Assembly: GCA_032128375.1 (NCBI GenBank)
Contig: JAQBGU010000076.1
Coordinates: 1-56,830, forward strand
Direction of reading: 5' to 3'
Source of the DNA: Deltaproteobacteria bacterium
Lineage (GTDB): Bacteria; Myxococcota_A; UBA9160; SMWR01
Length of the DNA: 56,830 bases
The notes under the pieces were generated by a model. That model ran no database searches, had not been told where the DNA came from, and saw only the letters and a program-made list of their open reading frames with translations. The translations under genes and the position numbers were made by a program. This document shows positions 46,972-56,830 of this stretch, in pieces; the stretch's first letter is position 1; the number at the start of each line of letters is the position of its first letter.

Positions 46972-48467
46972 AGGTCGACAACGCGAAGGTCCATATCTCG
47001 AAGCTCAATGACTCGAAGGTCAACACCGGCCACGCAAGCGCCGCAAACGGGCCAGCGAGGGGCGCTGCACATCACCGCTCAAGGCTGCAAGCCGCTGTAA
47101 TCGCCGGGGTCGTCTTCGCCGCGTCAGGATGCGGGTCAGGTCCTCCGCCACGGGTCGTGCTGATCGCGGTCGATACGCTGCGCGCCGATCACCTGGGGAT
47201 CTACGGTGCACTGCCCAGCCCGTCTCCGTTTCTGGACGCGCGCGCCGAACGTGGCATGGTGTTCGAGTGGATGTTTGCAACGTCGGCCTGGACCCTTCCC
47301 TCGTTCGGTTCGCTCCTGACCGGCCTCGACCCCGGCGCGCACGAGGCGGGAATCATTCTTCGCAATCATCCGAACCGAGCAACCGAGCGCGAGCGCGTCG
47401 GTCCGCGCAGTCGGCTCAAGCTGAATCCGTCTGTCCCCACCCTCGCCGAGCAGCTCACGGCCGCGGGGTTCACGACGATCGCGCTCGTCCAATCCCCCAA
47501 CCTCGACCCCGCCTTCGGCCTGGATCGGGGGTTCGACCGCTACGAACACCACCACGCGGACAACGAGCGCATGCTGCCGGCCGACGCCGTCGTGAGTCGC
47601 GCACTCGAGATCATCGATGACCAGCGAGACGCTCCGTTGTTCCTGCTCGTCCACCTGTTTGACCCCCACCTCAACTACCACGCGCCCCCGCCGTTCGGTG
47701 GAAGCCTCACGCGGTCAGGCTCTGGGTCGGAACCAGGGGCACAACGGGAGCCAGAGCCGGACGAGCAAACGCTTCCGGTCTCCGGTGTCCAACACCTGCG
47801 CCGAACCAGTCGCTCGCTGTCGGAGCAACGGAAGCAGTTCATCCGCGCGGCATACGACGAAGAAATTTCGTTCGTGGATCGCGAAATCGAGCGCTTTCTC
47901 TCTGGACTGGAAGCCCGCGGGATCGAGGACGAAACGATCGTGATCCTCACCTCTGACCACGGCGAAGAGATGTTCGAGCACGGCGGCTTCGAGCACGGTC
48001 ACAGCTTGTACAACGAGGTCTTGCGCGTACCGCTCATCGTTTGGGATCCGAATGCCCTGCCGGGACGCCGCTTGGAACCGGTCTCCCTCGTCGACATCGC
48101 ACCGATGATCCTCGACGCGGTTGGCGTCGAGATCCCAGCTGGGCTCCACGGGCGCTCTCCGTTTTCCCTGCCGCCGGCCAACCGGCTAATAGTCGCGGAG
48201 GGAACGCTCGTCGGCGCTGAGAAGCAGATGGCAATCTCTTGGCCCCTCAAACTGATTCGGGAAGTGGAAAATGGCCGCGTTCAGCTGTTCGACCTCACCA
48301 CCGATCCCAAAGAGTCGCGTGAACTCGTCGACGCCGGGCTCGTACGGTCGCTCACAGCGGCGCTCGACGCGCGTCTGAAAAAAAAAGGGGGACATTCGGG
48401 CTCTGCGCCGGCCGAGCTCGATCCGAGCACGGTCGAGGACCTGCGCGCGCTCGGATACCTCGAGTGA
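46968..48467 (+). CDS. Sulfatase-like (alkaline phosphatase superfamily) hydrolase/transferase, Thr at nucleophile position
   Basis: DTLRADH, WTLPSFGSLLTG, DPH, SDHGE, C-terminal LRALGY. Start uncertain; TTG 46968 overlaps the upstream stop. Confidence 0.85.
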   Translation: MKVDNAKVHISKLNDSKVNTGHASAANGPARGAAHHRSRLQAAVIAGVVFAASGCGSGPPPRVVLIAVDTLRADHLGIYGALPSPSPFLDARAERGMVFEWMFATSAWTLPSFGSLLTGLDPGAHEAGIILRNHPNRATERERVGPRSRLKLNPSVPTLAEQLTAAGFTTIALVQSPNLDPAFGLDRGFDRYEHHHADNERMLPADAVVSRALEIIDDQRDAPLFLLVHLFDPHLNYHAPPPFGGSLTRSGSGSEPGAQREPEPDEQTLPVSGVQHLRRTSRSLSEQRKQFIRAAYDEEISFVDREIERFLSGLEARGIEDETIVILTSDHGEEMFEHGGFEHGHSLYNEVLRVPLIVWDPNALPGRRLEPVSLVDIAPMILDAVGVEIPAGLHGRSPFSLPPANRLIVAEGTLVGAEKQMAISWPLKLIREVENGRVQLFDLTTDPKESRELVDAGLVRSLTAALDARLKKKGGHSGSAPAELDPSTVEDLRALGYLE

Positions 48468-48527
48468 AAGCGCGCTGGGTGTGTCAATCCACGATCGCCT
48501 GGTTGCCACGCGCTCGTGCACTCTTTC

Positions 48528-48559
48528 TTGGCTACTTGGCTGTTTGGCTGTTTGGCTAT
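48528..48559. repeat. 4 x 8-bp tandem repeat TTGGCTRY between convergent genes
   Basis: TTGGCTAC TTGGCTGT TTGGCTGT TTGGCTAT. Confidence 0.75.
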
Positions 48560-48587
48560 TGGGCGTTCACTCGGCACATCCTCGACA

Positions 48588-48968
48588 CTACGGCACGTTG
48601 CGCATCAGCCAAGCGATGACGACTAAGACCAGCGCCGCCCAGGCGACGACATCGCGGTACCTGCCCATCAGCAGCCCGGGACACACGACCCCAACTCCCA
48701 GCACGATCACAAGCCCTGGTGCCGCTGGATTGGCGCTGCAACAGGCGGCGAACTGAAATTGTCCGAGCAGCACCAGTGCGCGCGTCATCCCGCAACCCGG
48801 GCAGTCGAAACCGGTCCAAGTGCGAATCGCACACCGCGGTGCCCAGTCCAGGTGATTGAGCAGATCGATCCCCGCAATAGCTGCCAGCCATCCAGATGCG
48901 GCGATTGCAACCAGCACAACGAACGACGAAACCCGCAACACGCGATCGGGCCGCACCCCGTCAAGCAT
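48588..48968 (-). CDS. DUF2752 membrane protein
   Basis: CAIRTWTGFDCPGCGMTRA..ANP; start at 48968 or 48986. Confidence 0.85.
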   Translation of the reverse strand: MLDGVRPDRVLRVSSFVVLVAIAASGWLAAIAGIDLLNHLDWAPRCAIRTWTGFDCPGCGMTRALVLLGQFQFAACCSANPAAPGLVIVLGVGVVCPGLLMGRYRDVVAWAALVLVVIAWLMRNVP

Positions 48969-49338
48969 CGATTTTGTTGAGTTCATATTGATGGATGCAG
49001 TCCGCGACCATGCCGACGCCGAGGATGGCCGCCACCACACTCAGTACCGGCAGCCCATCGGTCACCGGCAGATCGAGCCTGTCCTGAATCTCGTTGATCG
49101 CTGCCCCCATCTTGTACTGATAAAAGAGGTGGTAGATCCCGCAAGTCAAGATCGACAGCAGAACCCAAGTGGGCCAACTGAATTCGGCTCGCCCGAGCAG
49201 TTCGTTGCACGAGACCATTTGCCGGTAGTTCCAATACAGATTGAACAGGAAGAACGTGATCACGGTCAAAATCAGATATAGCGGGATGTTGGCGTAGTAC
49301 GGACCCCGCTGAGATGGGTCGTATTGTGGTGCTGTCAT
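48961..49338 (-). CDS. DUF4234-like small membrane protein
   Basis: AAGGAG RBS; LLSILTCGIYHLFYQYK; C-terminal QYELNKI. Confidence 0.8.
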   Translation of the reverse strand: MTAPQYDPSQRGPYYANIPLYLILTVITFFLFNLYWNYRQMVSCNELLGRAEFSWPTWVLLSILTCGIYHLFYQYKMGAAINEIQDRLDLPVTDGLPVLSVVAAILGVGMVADCIHQYELNKIDA

Positions 49339-49484
49339 GGGTCACTCCTTGATATTGCCGCGGCGTCTGGCTCTTACTGGCCTTCGCCTGCAGCCTACAC
49401 CCTGAAATCCCCCACAGCTCAGAACACCTGGCCGCAAGGGAGCGGGATATTCGCGCCTGCTCCTCCCGCGCATTTCGTGCCGCT

Positions 49485-50462
49485 ATGGAATACCCTTCAG
49501 GGCACTCGGCGGGGGGAAATAGTCGCGTGTCAAAGGACTTGCTAGAGATCGAGGTTGGACCCAGCGCCACACGGCGCGCGCAGCGACGTCCGCCTTGGAT
49601 CCGCGTTCGGGCGGCCGGTAGTTCTCCGGGCTACCTCGAAACACGAGAACTGATGCGCCGACTACAGCTCAATACCGTCTGCGAAGAAGCGGCCTGCCCG
49701 AACATCGGAGAGTGCTGGTCCGCGAAGCACGCAACGGTGATGATCCTCGGTAGCATCTGCACGCGAAAATGCGGCTTCTGCAACGTCAAGACTGGGCGTC
49801 CAGGCCCCGTAGACCTCGAAGAACCCGCCCGACTCGCTGACGCGATTTCGACACTCGGTCTTCGTCATGTCGTCATCACATCGGTCGACCGCGACGACCT
49901 CGACGATGGGGGTGCAGAGCAATTCGTGCGCTGCATCGAATCGATCCGCATCCAGTCGCCCGGAACCACGATCGAAGTGCTAACGCCCGACTTCCTGCGA
50001 AAACCCGGCGCGATTGAGCGTGTGGCCGATGCGCGCCCCGACGTGTTCAACCACAACCTGGAAACGGCACCCCGGCTGTACACACTGGCTCGTCGCGGTG
50101 CGGACTACCGCCACTCGCTGAACCTGCTGGCCCGCGTCAAGCATAGACATCCGTCAACCTTTACGAAGTCGGGTATCATGCTCGGGCTCGGCGAGCGTCG
50201 CGCCGAAGTGCTGGAAGTGATGGACGACATGCGTGTCGCAGAGGTCGACTTCATCACGATCGGCCAATACCTGCGACCCAGCCAAGAGCACCTTCCCATG
50301 GATCGCTATGTGACCCCGGATGAATTCGAGCAATTCGCGGAAATTGCCCGGCACAAGGGGTTCTCCATGGTCTCCTCGTCACCATTGACGCGTTCGTCAT
50401 ACCATGCGGACGAAGATTTCGCGCAGCTCGCAAAGGCGCGACGAGCAGCGACTAACGCTTGA
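49485..50462 (+). CDS. lipA: Lipoyl synthase
   Basis: [24 protein letters not shown]; start may be GTG 49527. Confidence 0.96.
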   Translation: MEYPSGHSAGGNSRVSKDLLEIEVGPSATRRAQRRPPWIRVRAAGSSPGYLETRELMRRLQLNTVCEEAACPNIGECWSAKHATVMILGSICTRKCGFCNVKTGRPGPVDLEEPARLADAISTLGLRHVVITSVDRDDLDDGGAEQFVRCIESIRIQSPGTTIEVLTPDFLRKPGAIERVADARPDVFNHNLETAPRLYTLARRGADYRHSLNLLARVKHRHPSTFTKSGIMLGLGERRAEVLEVMDDMRVAEVDFITIGQYLRPSQEHLPMDRYVTPDEFEQFAEIARHKGFSMVSSSPLTRSSYHADEDFAQLAKARRAATNA

Positions 50463-50493
50463 CGCCCTTGGGCGGCACCGGAGATTGCATGGC

Positions 50494-53184
50494 ATGCCGA
50501 TGAACCAATCGATCATTCACGTACTGGACGACGATCCTCAGGAAACCCAAGAGTGGATCGACTCTTTGACCAGCGTGCACGAGAACGAGGGTGTGGAGCG
50601 CGCGCAATTTCTGATCGAGCGCCTGATCGACCACATGCGGCGTTCAGGCGCCCACCTGCCCTACAAAGCGACCACGGCATACGTCAACACGATCGCGACC
50701 AGCAAACAGCCAACGATGCCTGGCGAGCCTGGCATCGAGCATCGAATTCGATCGATCATCCGTTGGAACGCGCTTGCGATCGTTGTTCAGGCCAACAAGA
50801 TCAGCTCGGAATACGGCGGACATATCGCCAGTTTCGCTTCTGCTGCAACGCTTTACGACGTAGGATTCAACCATTTCTGGAGAGGTCCAGACCACGAGTG
50901 CGGTGGTGACCTGCTGTATATCCAGGGCCATTCGTCGCCCGGCATCTACGCGCGCGCCTTTCTCGAAGGTCGCTTGACGGAAGACCAGTTGCGCGGCTTC
51001 CGCCAAGAAGTCGAAAACGACGGCTTGTCGTCCTATCCCCATCCCTGGTTGATGCCCGATTTCTGGCAGTTTCCAACCGTCTCGATGGGCCTGACCTCAC
51101 TGTTCGCGATCTACCAGGCGCGCTTCTTGAAGTACCTCGAGAACCGGGAGATCACGCCGGCGAAGGGGCGCAAGGTCTGGGCCTTCATGGGCGATGGCGA
51201 AATGGATGAGCCCGAGTCGCGAGGCGCCATCTCGCTCGCCGCGCGCGAGCAACTGGACAACCTCGTTTTCGTCATCAACTGCAACCTGCAGCGCCTCGAC
51301 GGCCCCGTCCGCGGCAATGGGAAGATCATTCAAGAACTCGAGGGCGATTTTCGCGGGGCCGGTTGGAACGTCATCAAAGTGGTCTGGGGCGACCGTTGGG
51401 ACCCGCTACTGGCCAAGGACAAGGATGGCCTGTTGCTCAAGCGGATGGAAGAGGCGCTCGACGGCGACTATCAGAACTACAAGAACAAGGGGGGTGCCTA
51501 CACGCGAGAGAACTTCTTCGGCAAGGACCCGAAGTTGCTCGAGATGGTCGCGGACCTGACGGACGATGACATCTGGGCGCTCAATCGAGGTGGCCATGAC
51601 CCAGAGAAGGTGTACGCCGCCTACCACGAAGCGGTGAACACGGTCGGAAAACCGACCGTGATTCTCGCCAAGACGGTGAAGGGCTATGGGCTCGGCGAAA
51701 TCGGCGAAGGTGCCATGACGTCGCACTCTGCCAAGAAGATGCAAGGCGATTCGATTCGCCGCTTTCGCGACCGCTACCGCATCCCGATTCCGGATGATCG
51801 GGTGGAAGATGCACCGTTCTATCGTCCCGACGAAGACAGCGCAGAACTTCAGTACCTGCGCGAGCGCCGCAAGAAACTCGGTGGCTACCTGCCGGCCCGC
51901 CGCGCGACCAGCGCGCCGCTGGAAATCCCCGAACTGGCACTCTTCCAGCCCGTGCTGGCCGGATCCGGCGATCGCGAGATCTCCACCACGATGGCCTTCG
52001 TGCGGATTCTCACGCTGCTGCTGCGCGACAAGAAGATCGGAAAGAACATCGTGCCGATCGTGCCGGACGAGGCGCGCACCTTCGGCATGGAGGGGCTGTT
52101 TCGGACGATCGGAATCTACGCGTCGCTCGGCCAGCTCTACGATCCGGTCGATGCCGATCAGGTCATGTTCTATCGCGAGGACAAGCGCGGCCAGATTCTG
52201 CAGGAAGGCATCAGCGAAGCGGGAGGTATGGCGTCCTGGATCGCGGCGGCGACGTCGTACAGCAACCACGATATCGCGATGATCCCGTTCTACATCTATT
52301 ACTCGATGTTCGGATTTCAGCGCATCGGAGACCTGGCCTGGGCGGCCGGCGACATGCAGGCGCGCGGCTTCTTGCTCGGTGGCACGGCAGGTCGCACGAC
52401 GCTCGCGGGTGAGGGACTGCAGCACCAGGACGGCCACAGCCACCTGGCCGCTTCGACGATCCCCAACTGCGTCGCCTACGACCCTGCGTTCGCGTACGAA
52501 CTGGCCGTGATCATTCACGATGGACTGCATCGGATGTACGTCGAGCAAGAAAACGTTTTCTACTACTTGACGGTCATGAACGAGAACTACCGGCAGCCCG
52601 AACTGCCCGAGGGCGACGAGGTTCGCAACGGAATCCTGCGCGGAATGCACCAGATTTCACAGGCCGACTCCGGCGCCGCGCTGCGCGTGCAACTGCTCGG
52701 CAGCGGCGCAATCCTGCGCGAAGTGTTGTCGGCGGCAGACTTACTGAAGAACGATTTCGATGTGTCGGCCGATGTCTGGAGCGTCACGAGCTTCACCGAA
52801 CTCCGGCGAAATGGCCTCGACACGGAGCGTTGGAACATGCTGCACCCGGGCGCCGAGAGAAAACAGAGCTTCGTCGAGTCGTGTCTCGAAGCGGGAATAG
52901 GTCCGGTGATCGCGACGAGCGATTATATGAAGGTACACGCCGATCAGATCCGTCCGTTCATCCCAGGCGACGCAGCGCACTACACGACGCTCGGCACCGA
53001 TGGCTACGGCCGCAGCGACTCGCGCAAGCGACTTCGGCACTTCTTCGAAGTCAGCGATCACTTCGTCGTCATTGCGGCGTTGAAGGCCCTCGCCGACCGC
53101 GGCGAAGTTCCGACCGCTACGGTTCAGACGGCCATGCAGAAGTATGGGATCGACCCAGAGAAGCCGAACCCGGTGACCGAGTGA
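50494..53184 (+). CDS. aceE: Pyruvate dehydrogenase E1, homodimeric type
   Basis: DPQETQEW, GGHIASFAS, GDGEMDEPES, NCNLQRLDGPVRGN, GEGLQHQDG. Confidence 0.96.
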   Translation: MPMNQSIIHVLDDDPQETQEWIDSLTSVHENEGVERAQFLIERLIDHMRRSGAHLPYKATTAYVNTIATSKQPTMPGEPGIEHRIRSIIRWNALAIVVQANKISSEYGGHIASFASAATLYDVGFNHFWRGPDHECGGDLLYIQGHSSPGIYARAFLEGRLTEDQLRGFRQEVENDGLSSYPHPWLMPDFWQFPTVSMGLTSLFAIYQARFLKYLENREITPAKGRKVWAFMGDGEMDEPESRGAISLAAREQLDNLVFVINCNLQRLDGPVRGNGKIIQELEGDFRGAGWNVIKVVWGDRWDPLLAKDKDGLLLKRMEEALDGDYQNYKNKGGAYTRENFFGKDPKLLEMVADLTDDDIWALNRGGHDPEKVYAAYHEAVNTVGKPTVILAKTVKGYGLGEIGEGAMTSHSAKKMQGDSIRRFRDRYRIPIPDDRVEDAPFYRPDEDSAELQYLRERRKKLGGYLPARRATSAPLEIPELALFQPVLAGSGDREISTTMAFVRILTLLLRDKKIGKNIVPIVPDEARTFGMEGLFRTIGIYASLGQLYDPVDADQVMFYREDKRGQILQEGISEAGGMASWIAAATSYSNHDIAMIPFYIYYSMFGFQRIGDLAWAAGDMQARGFLLGGTAGRTTLAGEGLQHQDGHSHLAASTIPNCVAYDPAFAYELAVIIHDGLHRMYVEQENVFYYLTVMNENYRQPELPEGDEVRNGILRGMHQISQADSGAALRVQLLGSGAILREVLSAADLLKNDFDVSADVWSVTSFTELRRNGLDTERWNMLHPGAERKQSFVESCLEAGIGPVIATSDYMKVHADQIRPFIPGDAAHYTTLGTDGYGRSDSRKRLRHFFEVSDHFVVIAALKALADRGEVPTATVQTAMQKYGIDPEKPNPVTE

Positions 53185-53211
53185 CAGGAGACCAGCTCTG
53201 GAGGAGGCTTC

Positions 53212-54534
53212 GTGGGCACTGAGACTGAAGTCCTGGTACCGGATATCGGCGACTTCGAAGATGTAGAGGTCATCGAGGTTCTGGTTTCACCCGGAGACCG
53301 GGTGGAGGCCGAAGACTCATTGATCACGATCGAAAGCGACAAAGCCTCGATGGAGATCCCGAGCCCGAGCGCCGGCGTGATTGGGCAGATCAAGGTGTCA
53401 GTCGGCGACCGAGTCCGCGAGGGCACGCTGATCGTATTGCTTCAGGCGGGCGACGCGGCCACCAGCATCGAACCCGCCGCCGAGGCCACGCAAGTACAGG
53501 AACAGCAACAACCCGAAGTTTCGGCGCCCACCCGGATCGCTGCGACTCCGGGCGTCGCGGCTGCACCGACTCCAGCGCCGACTGCGTCCGCAGCCCGAAC
53601 GAAACCGGACGCGACCCAGAACACCCCGCATGCGAGCCCAGCGGTCCGCCTGTTTGCGCGGCGACTCGGTGCAGACCTCTCACGGGTCCCGAGCAGCGGG
53701 CCGAAAGGTCGGATTCTCAAAGATGACGTGCAGACATTCGTCAAACAAGCGCTCGCGGGAGGGCCCGCCGCCCCGCCGGAGAATGTGTTGCAAATCGATC
53801 CGCCGCGGCGATTCAATTTCGAGAAATTCGGTGAGATCGAAATCCAGGAACTGAGCAAGATCCAGCGTGTGTCGGCGCGTGGGCTGCATCGGTCGTGGGT
53901 GACGATCCCCCACGTCACCCAATTCGATGAAGCCGACATCACCGAACTCGAGGAGTATCGCAAATCGCAACGGCTCGAGAGCGAAAGGCGCGGGGTGAAA
54001 CTCACCTCGCTCACTTTTTTGATGAAGGCCGTTGTCGTCGCACTGAAAGAATTCCCGCACTTCTGCTCGTCACTCGACGATACCGGCGAGAAGCTCATCT
54101 TGAAGCGCTATTTCCACATCGGTGTCGCGGTCGATACGCCGAAGGGGTTGGTGGTACCCGTCATTCGGGATGTCGACCGCAAAGGATTGTTCGAACTCGC
54201 AGAAGAACTCGGCTCGATCAGCGAACGAGCGCGCATCGGCAAACTAACGCCGGCCGACATGTCGGGTGGATGTTTCAGTATCTCCAGCCTGGGTGGGATC
54301 GGAGGCACGGCGTTCACACCGATCGTCAACGGGCCCGAGGTAGCGATCCTCGGCGTTTCCCGTCACGGCAGGAAGCCCGTCTACTTGAGCGCGGACGCTG
54401 AGCTGCCGGTTCCGCGATTGATCCTGCCGCTGTCGCTTTCGTACGATCACCGGGTGATCGACGGCGCCGACGCGGCGCGCTTCACCACGAAGCTCAAACA
54501 CGTCCTGTCGGACGTTCGGAACCTGGTGCTCTGA
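53212..54534 (+). CDS. aceF: Dihydrolipoamide acetyltransferase E2 (one lipoyl domain)
   Basis: ESDKASME lipoyl Lys, HASPAVR binding domain, DHRVIDG. Confidence 0.96.
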   Translation: MGTETEVLVPDIGDFEDVEVIEVLVSPGDRVEAEDSLITIESDKASMEIPSPSAGVIGQIKVSVGDRVREGTLIVLLQAGDAATSIEPAAEATQVQEQQQPEVSAPTRIAATPGVAAAPTPAPTASAARTKPDATQNTPHASPAVRLFARRLGADLSRVPSSGPKGRILKDDVQTFVKQALAGGPAAPPENVLQIDPPRRFNFEKFGEIEIQELSKIQRVSARGLHRSWVTIPHVTQFDEADITELEEYRKSQRLESERRGVKLTSLTFLMKAVVVALKEFPHFCSSLDDTGEKLILKRYFHIGVAVDTPKGLVVPVIRDVDRKGLFELAEELGSISERARIGKLTPADMSGGCFSISSLGGIGGTAFTPIVNGPEVAILGVSRHGRKPVYLSADAELPVPRLILPLSLSYDHRVIDGADAARFTTKLKHVLSDVRNLVL

Positions 54535-56330
54535 TGAGCGAGCAGATCGAAATCCTGATTCCGGACATCGGCGACTTCGAAGATGTCGAAATCATCGAGA
54601 TACTGGTTTCCGCGGGCGACCGCGTGGCAGCCGAGGATTCTCTGATCACGATCGAAAGTGACAAGGCTTCGATGGAGATTCCGTCACCCCGTGCCGGCGT
54701 CGTCCGCGAACTCTTTGTCCAACTCGGAAGCCGCGTTTCCGAGGGAACCCTCGTTCTCAAGCTGGAGATCGACGCTTCCGCTGCAGCCGAAGTGGCGGAG
54801 CCCAGTCCGAGCAGCGCGTCGACTTCGGCGGCTGCGGCACAGCCGGCTCGCGAATCCGCACCCGAGGCCGCCGCGCCAGTCGCCAGCAGTGTTGCCCGTA
54901 CCCGTACGCGATCCGATTCCCACGCCGAAGTCGCAGTGATCGGCGGCGGGCCGGGTGGTTACACCGCCGCGTTCCGTGCCGCAGACCTCGGGAAACAGGT
55001 GGTTCTGATCGAGCGCTACGAGCAGCTCGGCGGTGTGTGTTTGAATGTCGGCTGTATCCCGTCGAAGGCGCTGCTGCACGTGGCGGAAGTCGTCAACGAA
55101 GCGCGCGAGATCGCCTCACACGGGGTCTCATTCGGTGAGCCCGTATTCGACCTCGACAAGCTTCGCGACTTCAAAGACGGGGTCGTCGGATCGCTCACCA
55201 AGGGCCTGAGTGGACTGGCGGATCGCCGGAAGGTTGACGTCGTTCTCGGCACGGCTCGATTTTCAGCTTCCGATCAGCTGACCATCGATACACCGCAGGG
55301 CACCCAGACCCTATCGTTTGGAGATTGCATCATTGCCGCCGGATCCCAGTCGGTCGAACTCCCCGGCATCCCACACGACGACCCGCGCGTAATCGACTCG
55401 ACCGGCGCACTGCTGCTCGCAGACGTTCCCGTGCGGATGCTGGTGATTGGAGGCGGCATCATCGGTCTCGAAATGGCGACAGTCTACGACGCGCTGGGCT
55501 CGAAAATTTCGGTCGTCGAACTGACTGACGAACTGATTCCGGGCTGCGATCGCGACCTGGTCAAACCGCTCCAGAACAGGATCGCGCAACGCTACGAAAA
55601 CATCTGGCTCGGTACCCGGGTCGTGCGCGTGGAGGCGCGTCCAGACGGGCTCCACGCGTTCTTCGAGGGCGGTGACGCGCCCCAATCGCAATGTTTCGAT
55701 CGCGTGCTGGTGGCCGTCGGACGCCGCCCCAACGGAAATGCGATCGACGCGGGAAAGGCCGGCGTCGCGGTCGACGAGCGCGGATTTATCCCGGTAGACA
55801 AGACGATGCGTACCAACGTCGAGCACGTTTACGCGATTGGAGACATCGTCGGCCAGCCGATGCTCGCGCACAAAGCCACGCACGAGGGAAAAACGGCCGC
55901 CGAAGTCATCGCAGGGCTGCCGGCCGCGTTCGATGCCAAGACGATTCCGTCTGTTGCCTATACCGACCCGGAAATCGCGTGGATGGGAATGAGTGAGGTG
56001 CAGGCCAAGGCCGCGGGAATCGAGTACGAAAAGGCGTCGTTTCCGTGGGCGGCCAGTGGCCGCGCACAGGGAATCGGGCGCACCGAGGGCATCAGCAAGC
56101 TGATCTTCGACGCGAAGTCCAAGCGGATACTCGGAGCCGGAATCGTAGGCCGAAACGCCGGGGAACTGATCGCGGAGGCTGTGCTCGCACTGGAGATGGG
56201 TGCCGACGCGGAGGACCTCAGCTTGACCGTGCATCCACACCCGACGCTGTCCGAGACGCTGAACTTTGCCTCAGAGATGGTCGAGGGCACGATCACCGAC
56301 CTGTACATCCCGAAGCGAAAGAAAAAGTGA
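54534..56330 (+). CDS. lpdA: Dihydrolipoamide dehydrogenase E3 with N-terminal lipoyl domain
   Basis: ESDKASME lipoyl domain; GGGPGGY, GGVCLNVGCIPSK, HPHPTLSE. Confidence 0.96.
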   Translation: MSEQIEILIPDIGDFEDVEIIEILVSAGDRVAAEDSLITIESDKASMEIPSPRAGVVRELFVQLGSRVSEGTLVLKLEIDASAAAEVAEPSPSSASTSAAAAQPARESAPEAAAPVASSVARTRTRSDSHAEVAVIGGGPGGYTAAFRAADLGKQVVLIERYEQLGGVCLNVGCIPSKALLHVAEVVNEAREIASHGVSFGEPVFDLDKLRDFKDGVVGSLTKGLSGLADRRKVDVVLGTARFSASDQLTIDTPQGTQTLSFGDCIIAAGSQSVELPGIPHDDPRVIDSTGALLLADVPVRMLVIGGGIIGLEMATVYDALGSKISVVELTDELIPGCDRDLVKPLQNRIAQRYENIWLGTRVVRVEARPDGLHAFFEGGDAPQSQCFDRVLVAVGRRPNGNAIDAGKAGVAVDERGFIPVDKTMRTNVEHVYAIGDIVGQPMLAHKATHEGKTAAEVIAGLPAAFDAKTIPSVAYTDPEIAWMGMSEVQAKAAGIEYEKASFPWAASGRAQGIGRTEGISKLIFDAKSKRILGAGIVGRNAGELIAEAVLALEMGADAEDLSLTVHPHPTLSETLNFASEMVEGTITDLYIPKRKKK

Positions 56331-56412
56331 AGGTGTGACCGGAAACGTCACAGCTGTATCGCAACTTCCGCCGAACCGACCCCCCTCCCCCGCTAGCCAA
56401 AATTAGACAGAT

Positions 56413-56471
56413 CGAAACACAAGTCCGAAACACAAGTCCGAAACAGAAACAAGAGAAACACCAACCGAAAC
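56413..56471. repeat. 13-bp tandem repeat CGAAACACAAGTC x2 decaying into further GAAAC cores
   Basis: Units at 56413 and 56426, partial at 56439; GAAAC again at 56446, 56455 and 56467. Confidence 0.75.
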
Positions 56472-56649
56472 CGGCCCCAGATCGCTCGATCGAATCAGCT
56501 GAGTGCGCGGGATTGGGCCGCGGGTTGCGCGGAATCGCGGGATGACGATCATGAAGCCAGTATGACGATCGCCGTTGTGGCTGAGAAACCCAGTGGTGCG
56601 CCCAAGCTGATTGGCGCGGGGCGCAGAATTCGGGCACATCGCTCCGGCG

Positions 56650-56830
56650 TCAATGGCGAGCGAATATCGGCGCCTTGCCTGGGGGTTGCCTTTCGGGCCA
56701 AGCATCCGCATGAGGCTCTTTGACGAAGCGGCGGAGAAACTCCATGGCGGTGAGCGTCATCGTGCGGCGCTCGCCGCCATGCGCGTAGTCCTTGTAGGAG
56801 AAGGTCACGTGCTCCCCGTCGAAGGCGAGC
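56650..56830 (-). mobile_element. IS91-family (Y2) transposase fragment, 5' part outside window, C-terminus truncated
   Basis: Hand translation LAFDGEHVTFSYKDYAHGGERRTMTLTAMEFLRRFV, then unrelated KEPHADAW..* instead of the usual HVLPxGF..RxYG. Confidence 0.75.

Noticed and set aside
56413..56471. CRISPR array suggested by GAAAC motifs
   Set aside because: Units are 13 bp or shorter with no unique spacers, and no cas genes are present.

Overview
GC-rich (judged by eye) chromosomal segment of a diderm bacterium. PEP-CTERM tags, PilZ proteins and myxobacteria-like Cys-rich repeats suggest Myxococcota/'Deltaproteobacteria' (inference). Left to right: (1) a copper-oxidase cluster of two different exported multicopper oxidases and two SCO1/SenC proteins; the leftmost oxidase is missing from the ORF track because it runs off the window. 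(2) An accessory surface/signalling block bracketed by two paralogous, atypical ParA/MinD ATPases, one fused to PilZ-TM-HEAT. It contains an ExeA-like ATPase, a sigma-54 promoter, a ~1700-aa LamG/Cys-rich/FN3 protein and a mini PEP-CTERM + DUF1566 pair. (3) The most striking locus, ~18.8-29.0 kb: two NTT/TLC-type nucleotide translocases (one fused to HEAT + cNMP-binding domains) enclosing a signal-peptide-bearing phospho-His/ATP-grasp dikinase with glucan,water-dikinase-like domain order and two exported class-A-fold serine hydrolases. This is a candidate ATP-export-fuelled periplasmic phosphorylation system. (4) GT1, MATE, MBL hydrolase, PilZ, YhcB-like and parE-parC-type topoisomerase genes. 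(5) SDR, enoyl-CoA hydratase, LysR, and a GT-C/AmpC-like/sulfatase-like envelope cluster. (6) lipA-aceE-aceF-lpdA, then a 3'-truncated IS91-like transposase at the right edge. No rRNA, tRNA or CRISPR array was recognised. All family calls come from reading motifs, not from database searches.
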